Positions 1 through 9,199 of a DNA stretch of 39,962 nt are shown here, piece after piece; positions within the stretch are counted from its first letter, which is position 1; the number at the start of each line of letters is the position of its first letter. This DNA is from Octopus sinensis (taxonomy: Eukaryota). The stretch lies in NCBI RefSeq assembly GCF_006345805.1, contig NW_021835388.1:1-39962 (forward strand), written 5' to 3'. The notes below the pieces were generated by a model. That model did no database searches and was not told the DNA's origin. It saw nothing but the letters and a program-made list of their open reading frames with translations. The position numbers and the translations under genes are program-made.

Positions 1-1342
1 TGGGTCTGCCTCTACCACAGGTTCCCTCAACCGCTAGGATGTGGCACTTTTTCACACAACTATCTTCATCCATTCTCGCAACATGACCATACCAGCACAA
101 ACATCTCCCTTGCACACCACAACTGATGCTTCTTAGGTTCAGCTTTTCTCTCAAGGTACTAACGCTCTGTCGAGTATGAACACTGACATTACACATCCAT
201 CGGAGCACACTGGCTTCATTTCTTGCGAGCTTATGCATATCCTCAGCAGTCACGGCCCATGTTTCACTGCCATGTAGCATGGCTGTTTGTACACATGCGT
301 CACACAGTCTGCCTTTTACTCTGAGCGAGAGGCCTTTTGTCACCAGCAGGGGTAAGAGTTCTCTGAACTTTGCCCAAGCTATTCTTACTCTATACATATA
401 TACTTTCAGCACTACTGCCCCTGCTACTGACTTGGTCACCTAGGTAACGGAAGCTATCAACTATTTCTAGTTTTACTCCCAGGAATGTGGCAGAAGTTGG
501 TGTCAGAGCATTTTCAGTGTTATTGCTCCTGAGCATCTGCCACATACAAAAACTATCTTCCTAGTTAGCCTTCCTTTGACATTGCTGCACCTCTTATGTG
601 TCCATAGCTTACACTGGGTACATCTTATAGAGTTTCTACCTATGCCTTTTCTACAGATCGAGCAGGGCCATCTACTGAAGGCGTTTGTGGTTTGCCTGCC
701 TTCCTACTTATTAGGACTTTGGTTTTTAGCTAGATTGACTCTAAGGTCCTTCGATTCTAATCCTTGTTTCCATACCTGAAACTTCTCCTCTAGTTCTGAT
801 AGTGACTCAGCAATTAGAGCAAGGTCGTCAGTGGAGAGGAGCTCTCAGTGACATCCTGTCTTGAATTCCTCTGTTATTGCCTGGAGGACTATGATAAATT
901 GGAGGGGGCTAAAGACTGAACCTTGGTGGACCCCTACCTCTACCCGGAATTCTTCACTGTACTCGTTGCCAACACTCACCTTACTTGCGGCATCCGTGTA
1001 CATGGCTCACACAGCTCTCACTAACCATTCATCTATTCCTAGTTTCCTCATTGACCACCAGAGAAGGGATCAGGGGACCCTGTCGAAGGCTTTCTCCATG
1101 TCAACAAAAGCCAGGTACAGAGGCTTATCTTTGGCTAGGTATTTCTCCTGCAGCTGCCGTACCAGGAATATAGCATCAGCATTCCCTGGCACGAATCCAA
1201 ACTGCATCTCATCTAAACTAACTCTCTCTCTAATTAGTTGGGCTATGACCCTCTCCGTAACCTTCATTACCTGATCCAACAGCTTGATACCTCTGTAATT
1301 ATTTGTATCTAGGACGTCACCTTTACCTTTGTACCAGTTGAC

Positions 1343-1345
<3 letters not shown>
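1..1345 (-). mobile_element. RTE-clade LINE, decayed reverse transcriptase region (5'-truncated; continues beyond window start)
   Basis: Minus-strand translation gives YKGKGD...[19 protein letters not shown]...QFGFVPG...DAIFLVRQLQEKYL...AFVDMEKAFDRVP, GVHQGS, TDDLALIA, FRYLGD and a C-terminal WYGHVARM..., with stops and frameshifts. Confidence 0.93.
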
Positions 1346-1406
<61 letters not shown>

Positions 1407-1460
1407 GTATATAAATATAATTATATATGTATATATATATATATTATATATTTGAGATTC
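1343..1460. repeat. (TA)n/(CA)n microsatellite
   Basis: Directly visible dinucleotide tract. Confidence 0.95.
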
Positions 1461-1689
1461 AGTTGAATTAGGTACTTCTGTTGAAGCACCAAGCCAATCT
1501 AATATTATCAGCACAGCTCAAAATAAGGTGAATTAAATCAAAATAATCAACAGGATATCAAGTAGCATTGCAGAACAACCCTTTAATTGAACAATACAAT
1601 CATTACCTCAATTTAAATGGAGTGCCATCATCAGCTGCACAAACACATAAATAGAATTTTAACGAGTTGGACACAATATAATTTTTCTG

Positions 1690-1724
1690 AAGAAGCCCAT
1701 CATATATATATGTATATATGCATG

Positions 1725-1757
<33 letters not shown>

Positions 1758-1770
1758 GTATATGTGCATG

Positions 1771-1820
<50 letters not shown>

Positions 1821-1827
1821 GCTTCTT
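1690..1827. repeat. (TA)-rich tract bounded by inverted arms AAGAAGCCCATC / GATGGGCTTCTT (SINE-A-derived)
   Basis: 1690-1701 is the exact reverse complement of 1816-1827. The motif matches the SINE-A mid-body sequence gaaactgaaagaagccc seen near 18712-18729 and 37973-37989. Confidence 0.8.
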
Positions 1828-2094
1828 TCCGTTTTTATATACCAAGTCCACAAGAAGATGGAAGAAATTCATGTTGTTGCTATTGGAGCTAAGAATAGAC
1901 TACATTTTCAAGAATCGCATGAAACCCATTGGGGTCACAGCTTGTAATGGATTGATTCATTTCTAATTCATATATCTCTTTATCAACTACTAAATCTAAG
2001 ACTAGAGGCTGTACTGTTTACAATAAATGACAAGAGTGAGATGACAGCTCCCATCTTCTTGCTCTGTTAAAGTGTTTGAGAAAAATTATATTAC

Positions 2095-2921
2095 TGTGTT
2101 GCGGAAGTTGTTCTTTGCACATTTTTAGTGTTTATTGCTTCTGAGCATCTGAAACATACAAAAGTTATCTTCCCAGTTCTTTGATATTGCTGCACCTCTT
2201 ATGAGTCCATAGCTTACACTGGGTACATCTTCTGGAGTTTCTACCTATGCCTTTTCTACAGATTGAGCAGGGCCATCTACTTGAAGGGATTTGTGGTTTG
2301 CCTGCCTTCCTACTTATTAGGACTTCGGTTTTAGCTAATCCTTGCTTCCACACCTGAAACTTCTCCTTGTGTTCTGATAGTGACTCAGCAATTAGAGCAA
2401 GTTTGTCAGTATAGAGGAGCTCCCAGGGGCATCCTATCATGAATTCCTCTGTCACTGCCTGGAGGACTATGATAGGAAGGGGCTGGGGACTGAACCTTGG
2501 TGGACCCCTACCTCTACCCAGAATTCTTCACTGTACTCGTTGCCAACCCTCACTTTACTGAAAGCATCCCTGTACATGGCTTGCACAGCTCTCACTAACC
2601 ATTCATCTATCCCTAGTTTCCTCATTGACCACCAGATAAGGGATCAGGGGACCCTGTCAAAGGCTTTCTCCATGTCAATGAAAGCCAGGTACAGAGATAT
2701 ATCTTTGGCTAGGTATTTCTCCTGCAGCTGTCTTACCAGAAATATAGCATCAGTGGTGCTTTTCCCTGGCACGAACCCAAACTGCATATCATCTAAACTG
2801 ACTCTCTCCCTAATTAGTTGGGCTATGACCCTCTCTGTGACCTTCATTACCTGATCCAACAGCTTCATACCTATGTAATTATTTGTATCTAAAGCATTAC
2901 TTTACCTTTGTAGCAGTTGAC
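2095..2921 (-). mobile_element. Second RTE-clade LINE fragment (RT), paralog of 1-1345
   Basis: ORFs 2644-2868 ([16 protein letters not shown]...DMEKAFDRVP) and 2165-2455 (ELLYTDKLALIAES...WPCSICRKG...CTQCKLWTHKRC) are colinear with copy 1. Confidence 0.92.
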
Positions 2922-2969
2922 GACCTTGCTCTAATTGCTACACCCATCATTGGGTATGGCTTCTTTGTA

Positions 2970-3447
<478 letters not shown>

Positions 3448-3645
3448 GTCTATAATTACAGCAAGGTTATTTAACTTTTTCGTTAGCAATACCAATACTA
3501 GATATATTATCTTCCTCATAAACATATTTTTCACATAGCTCAGTTCTTCGTTTCTGTTATACAATCACGCATATTTACACGGGTGTTCATGGAAACATAG
3601 AATATATACTTATATGTATAAGTGTATAAGCTTACAGCTTTGGCC

Positions 3646-3841
3646 ATATAAAAACATGCATATGCACACACACACGTGCGTGCACACACACACGCGCGTG
3701 CACACACACACACGCATGCACACACACACACACACACACACACAAATATATATGCCAAATAATTCTTTGATATAAAAACATGCATATGCACACACACACG
3801 TGCGTGCACACACACACGCGCGTGCACACACACACACGCAT

Positions 3842-3874
<33 letters not shown>

Positions 3875-3897
3875 TATATATGCCAAATAATTCTTTG
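3646..3897. repeat. Tandem duplication of a ~125-bp (CA)-rich unit just upstream of a splice acceptor
   Basis: atataaaaacatgca...gccaaataattctttg occurs at 3646-3769 and again at 3770-3897, differing only in CA count. Confidence 0.9.
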
Positions 3898-3911
3898 ATA
3901 TTTCTTTACAG

Positions 3912-4001
3912 AAACTTGCCTACATGGTCCTTGCCATTTTGACAGCATGTTCCTTCGCATTTGCTGGAATGACTTGTTTTACTTTTCATTCATTATGGAT
4001 T
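3912..4001 (+). CDS. Internal coding exon (TM3) of an MS4A/CD20-like four-TM membrane protein
   Basis: Acceptor tttctttacag|, donor |gtaagt, 90 nt, phase 0-0, encodes [30 protein letters not shown]. Confidence 0.82.
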
Positions 4002-4407
4002 GTAAGTAGTTTTTTAATTGAATTTTTCTGTAAAAGTGTCTTAGTACAAAGTACTTAAATGATTTGTCTATGGAATGGGAAAATTAAATCAAAATATACA
4101 AGTTAAGACTGTTGTTAATGTTATATTGTTAAGTTACTGCTATAAATATAGTAATTTAGATAAAAAAAAAGTTCTGGATTGTAGAAAAATAGTGGTACAT
4201 TTTTAATGAGGGACAAGACAATTATCCCAAAACTGATTGCTAAGAAGATTCCCAATTATTTTTATGTTTACTGAAGAGAACAATAGTATATTTTCACATC
4301 ATGTTAATCTTCACAGCTAAGGCTTACTTTACACATGCTTCACAGCTAAGGCTTACTTTCCACATGTTTCAGCTATTCTGAATCATGGTGTGTTCAAAAT
4401 ATATATA

Positions 4408-4825
4408 TCATCATCATCGTTTAGCTTCCGCTTTCCATGCTAGCATGGGTTGGACGGTTCAACTGGGGTCTGGGAAGCCAGAAGGCAGCACTAGGCCCAG
4501 TCTGATCTGGCAATGTTTCTATGGCTGGATGCACTTCATAACACCAACCACTCCATGAGTGTAGTGGGTGATTTTTACGTGCTACCAGCACAGCTGCCAG
4601 ACGGGGCTGGCAACGGCCATGATTGGATGGTGCTTTTTATGTGCCACCGGCATGGAGGCCAGTCGGGGCAGCACTGGCAATGGCCATGTTCGGATGGTTC
4701 TCTTACGTGCCACTGGCACTGGTATCACAGCTACAATTTCCATTGACGTTGATCAATTTTGATTTTGATTTTGATCTGATTTGATTTGATTTCCACTTGC
4801 TTCAACAGGTCTTCACAAGTAGAAT
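4408..4825 (-). mobile_element. Repeat family D: RTE-3'UTR-like interspersed repeat with (GAT)n tail
   Basis: catcatcatcgttt..ccatgctagcatgggttggac..ggatgc.cttc..aacaccaaccact motif block recurs at least 7 times in the window. Confidence 0.75.
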
Positions 4826-5287
4826 AAAATAATATATACATTATTTTAAAACAAAATATAGATGCATGTTAGCTGTCTAATTTCAAGAAATATGACACAT
4901 TAACTATTTTAAATTCTGTTTTGTTTTCTCTGCTAAAATTATTTTGCTAGTGTATCATTTTTAACAAACAATGTTTAACATTAAACATTTAGAAATCTGA
5001 AGAAAATCCTATCAATATTATCAGAAAGTGCCTCATAAGAACTTATCAAAATAAACTTTATAGAAAATAAAACAACCTTTTTAAATATCTAACAGGTGGC
5101 TGTTTTGTTTTATTTTATTTTTTTAGAAGAGCTAAGCCATCTTTCAACTAAGCAATGAAAATCACTCATAGTTTGTGGCAGAGTTTTTCTTTTTACAAAA
5201 AAGATTACTTTACACTGATATAACTGAGCTTGGATTCTTGAAGTCATTGAAGCATTTTTTTTTCTTAACAACTTTTTATTCTGTAAG

Positions 5288-5321
5288 GTTATGGTATTAA
5301 AATACATGAAAGAAAATGTTT
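5288..5321 (+). CDS. Candidate 34-nt micro-exon (VMVLKYMKENV) of the MS4A-like gene
   Basis: Pyrimidine tract + taag| acceptor and a consensus |gtaagt donor. Frame is restored only if 5387-5403 is also spliced in. Confidence 0.3.
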
Positions 5322-5386
5322 GTAAGTGTGAATAAGTATGAAAAATAAGATACTAAGGGGAATTTGGATTTTTAAAAAATTGACAG

Positions 5387-5403
5387 ATTTGCATACATTC
5401 AAG
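5387..5403 (+). CDS. Candidate 17-nt micro-exon (YLHTFK) pairing with 5288-5321
   Basis: ttgacag|ATTTGCATACATTCAAG|gttatt; 34+17=51 nt, open frame; donor is weak. Confidence 0.15.
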
Positions 5404-5478
5404 GTTATTACTGATTTTTTGATCAGCCCTGACATTTTCTTTCTCATTAAAATATTTTGTTTTTTCTTTCCTTTACAG

Positions 5479-5598
5479 CTTTACTATGGCGTTTATGGCT
5501 TATATGTTTTATTTGCTTTTGCTGCATTTGCTATGAGTGTGGAATTTATTTTGGCTATTGTTTCTTCATCAATTTGCTGTTGCTGTCCAGGAACACGA
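5479..5598 (+). CDS. Internal coding exon (TM4 + Cys cluster) of the MS4A/CD20-like protein
   Basis: Acceptor ttttctttcctttacag|, donor |gtaagt, 120 nt, phase 0-0, encodes LYYGVYGLYVLFAFAAFAMSVEFILAIVSSSICCCCPGTR. EFILAIVSS..CC resembles the MS4A TM4 signature. Confidence 0.85.
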
Positions 5599-5699
5599 GT
5601 AAGTTCAATTTATTTTCTTTAATAATCATTTCTATTATTTCAAGAAGAAAAATTCATACCTTTTATGCCTTCTTGCAATGTGTGACAGTTGCTCTCTTT

Positions 5700-6212
5700 A
5701 GATTGGTATCGACCAAATCTCTAAACATATTACCTCTGTACTATTTATACTCCCCACCACTGTTCCCTCTGGGTAAACCCCAATACATCTCCAACACCAT
5801 CTATTTCCCTCTCTTTTTCACTCTGTCTCTGTCTAACTATTTCTCACCTTCCTTTTCCTACTGGGATAGCCTAGTATCTCATCTATAGTAAGACACCTAT
5901 CTCTGTCCCTCTTTCACACTTTCTCACCTGGCACATAGCCACTTCGCTCAGTTCCACTCTCTCTCTCTTCTAAGAAGTCCTTGTCTTACAAGTTACTTAG
6001 CGACCCTACTGGTGCCAGTGCAACGTTAAAACTGTCCAGAACACTCTGTAAAGTGGGTTGGAGTTAGCAACTGTGTCATAGAAACTGTGCTTAAATAGAT
6101 AACTTAAGGCTAATGAAGCTCTCCAGCTTGTCAGCTCCAGTCTAACCATGCATGACAAGCCAGCATTGAAAATGGACATGAAATGATGATAATGATGATG
6201 ATGATAATGAAG
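5700..6212 (+). mobile_element. Repeat family D copy (intronic)
   Basis: ctgtaaagtgggttgg...agcattgaaaatggacat...gatgataatgatgatgat tail. Confidence 0.6.
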
Positions 6213-8150
6213 GTGTGCAAATATATATATATATATATACTCTTTATTTGTGTATTAAGACTACCATTGATTTCATATTAAGAAGAAATATCTTAATCAT
6301 CATCATCATCGTTTTTTAACGTCCGCTTTCCATGCTAGCATGGGTTGATAATTTCAAAACCCATATACTGTATATAAGGAATTTGGCGTATTAGCAGAGA
6401 AAGTTTAAACAAACAACTGAAAATGATGCTTTATAGATACACTTTTCAAAGTTTTTTTCTCACACATCCTCTTGCAGTGTTTGACTTTTCCTTCATTGTG
6501 AAAAGTACAATGAAGGAGGGAAGTGGGGTTAAGATATTTTTCTCTAATGCAAATTACAAATGTTTCAGAATATAGAATGATAAAATGACAGAAAATTATG
6601 AAAAAGAAAAGTATATAATTTTAGTAGTTGTTGCTTTTCCAAAGGCATGGTGAGTGTGTGTGGGAGGGAGTTGAGCATTTAAAAGACAGAGATTTAAAAA
6701 CTTTTTGTTTTAAAAATGATTCCCTCCATTGTTTTACAATGCATGAAAGAAATGGAAAATCCTGACATAGACATGGAAATTCTAACATATATGACAGGTG
6801 CTCCGAAAGTCTGCTTTTTCAGTTTCCTGTAAGGAGTGGTGGGCACAATGAATAATATTTCTGCATTTTTAACTCTGAGAAAATTAAATTTTTTACAAGT
6901 GTTCACTTCCAAACAAAAACTACATCAGCTCTAAATACATTAAAAACACTATTACATATTCAGAACACTATTTCAGAAAATCATCTCTGTTCTCTATGAG
7001 CATACAGAAGATAATTTAGATGTGGCAAAATGAGTAAAACAAGATTAAGTAAATGCCCCTTCAATTCTCCAGAATTGCATTTGAAAAAAAAAAATTTTTT
7101 TAACTCATACACATCAATATTGATTCTTAGATACCACAAAGATCAAAAATTCAAAAAAAAAATTGTAATATCTAGGTCAAATGTAAAGAATCACAGGAAA
7201 ATGGCATGATATGAAATTATCAAAACTCAAAAAGATAAAAAAATTTACTGTAAAATATTCTCTATAGTTTCTTTACAATTTGCAGGAGTGACTCTCAGCA
7301 GAATTCTGGTTTAGGTACCCCTTATAACCTTATGTAATCTTTTTATAATTTTTGGAATTTTCAGAAAATTTGTGCAAATTTGCATTCTTCGAAAGGGAAT
7401 TCATATGATTATGAAAAAATTTTTTTTAACTTTTCGAAATTTAAAAAGAATTATTTTATTTTTAATATTTTGAATTTTTAAAAATCACAGTTTAAAATAC
7501 AGGCAGTCCAAATATTTTGCTTAAATGCTATTAAATGTATTTATAGGAAGAAAGATATTGAAATACATGGATTCATCTGAGTGACAAACTAACAAGGAAA
7601 GTTACAAGGGTAATATGGGGTGCTTGAAGCAGAATTACACCTGGTTCTGTTCCTGGTACACTTATGCACCATGACGTTAAAGAGAAGAAATTATTGAAAT
7701 TAGTCATTCCTCATTTTAGCCCCAATTTAGGGTAATTCTTCAGTATGTAGTGATTAAAAAAGTAAATAAAATTAAAGGGGAAATAACAACCAGGAACTAT
7801 TGGAAGCCTAAATGATGGTATGTACACTCAAGAAGTGATTGTACATCAGAACTTTGTCGATCCAACAAATAGTGGACTTTTTTACTTCATTATCTGTTTT
7901 ACTTCATTATCTGTTTCTAATTCAGTGAGTTCCTCATTAAACTGCTAAGTTTATAATGCAATAACTATTCTACACCCTTCAGTTTTACTTCTAATTAAAG
8001 AGTATTAGCCAATTCCATGTGTGTGAGTGTGTTTGTGTGTGGTGTAAGTAATTAAATGTCTATTGAAAGAAATAGTAAAAAAGTTGCTTCTAAGCAAAAA
8101 TATTTTACTCTTAAAGGGATTTAATCAGTTAAAAATTATATATTTTACAG

Positions 8151-8231
8151 GTTGTACAAACTACTAGTAATGTTGACATGCAATCCGGCCAGGCGTTCAC
8201 TACTCCTCCAGCATATATACCTCAAGCATAA
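8151..8231 (+). CDS. Terminal coding exon of the MS4A-like gene (cytoplasmic tail with PPxY)
   Basis: Acceptor tattttacag|, phase 0, encodes VVQTTSNVDMQSGQAFTTPPAYIPQA then TAA at 8229-8231. Confidence 0.75.
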   Translation, partial: VVQTTSNVDMQSGQAFTTPPAYIPQA

Positions 8232-8377
8232 AATTTACATATTTTGTTAAACTGAGAATTTTTTAAGAACAATATATATTTTAAAACTTACCAGTGTTTG
8301 TATTCAAATTTAAAAATGTCTATTCTGCAAAACTAACCAAGATATTCTAAATCAATCTACCTATTATATTGTCTTAC

Positions 8378-8383
8378 AATAAA
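8378..8383 (+). promoter_or_regulatory. Putative polyadenylation signal AATAAA
   Basis: First AATAAA ~150 nt downstream of the predicted stop; DNA is AT-rich, so chance occurrence is possible. Confidence 0.4.
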
Positions 8384-8539
8384 AGCTTTGTGGCATACTT
8401 AATACAACTACAATCCCTTTGTATTCAAATGTTTGAGTTAATAGACCTTGGCAACTTTATTTCATTTTCACATATACAAAAGTAACCCTATTGATATAGC
8501 TTTCTGTATAACTACTGTTTAATACCAAATGTCTTTTGA

Positions 8540-8675
8540 CCCTTTGAGCCCGTAGCACTGGTTTACCAGTGGATGGCTTATTTTTCTCTGTATTGTAGCA
8601 GTGCTCTACCAGTGGAGTGCATCAAGAAGCCAGGCATATTATCAAATAAGATTCAAGAGGTCAGGACTCAAAGGG
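8540..8675. mobile_element. piggyBac-like MITE (136 bp)
   Basis: TIRs CCCTTTGAGCCC / GGACTCAAAGGG (11/12 match), flanked by TTGA on the left and TTAA on the right. Confidence 0.5.
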
Positions 8676-8989
8676 TTAAACTGTGTTCTATGATTTTTTG
8701 TGTTGTTTGCCTTTAACATTGTCCTTATTTTGCTACCTTCACTGAACCAACCATTTATTATTTTTGTTGCATGGCTCTTTTTTAAATCATCCAATAAAAC
8801 GTTTACCACCTTTTATTTCTATGATGTCTCATTCTTCATAACTTATTATTGTATTAGCAATGCACCCCAGTGTTGCCCAGGTGTTATGACCTACAGCCAC
8901 ATAGTATTATTTGTTCCTTTCTTATGGGCAGAATCGACACATGAGGAGTATGAAGCAAACAAATTTTCTTTATAAACATGTTTGTCAGT

Positions 8990-9135
8990 CATTTTCTGAT
9001 GAACAATACTGCAGTTTCTGTCTACCAAATTCAGTCACAAGTCTATGGTTGGCCTGGGGCTATAGTAGGAAACACTTGCCCATGGTACCATGCAGAGGGA
9101 CTGAATATTGAGAAACAAACTTCTCGACCACACAC
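8990..9135 (-). mobile_element. SINE-A 5' fragment, diverged
   Basis: Reverse complement matches cttgggcaagtg..ctactatagcc..ttgtgagtggatttggtagac of the copies at 18570 and 37833. Confidence 0.7.
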
Positions 9136-9199
9136 TCAATCTTGCACCTAGCATGTATGTGCATGTGTTTTCATTAGTTGTTAAATTGTGTATTGTGTC

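Noticed and set aside
1472-1527. Possible upstream exon (TSVEAPSQSNIISTAQNK) with AG/GT borders
   Set aside because: Poor polypyrimidine tract and a hydrophilic peptide where a TM2 exon is expected; it sits between repeats.
1687-1830. CTGAAGA followed by a long stem as a hammerhead
   Set aside because: No GAAA after the stem; the motif comes from the SINE-A sequence ctgaaagaagccc.
4310-4378. 29-bp tandem repeat with cag acceptor-like ends as loop exon candidates
   Set aside because: Phase-0 readings hit stop codons and no good donor follows.
5457-5888. ORFs 5338-5622 and 5457-5888 as stand-alone genes
   Set aside because: Only 5479-5598 has exon boundaries and protein-like content; the rest is intron read-through.
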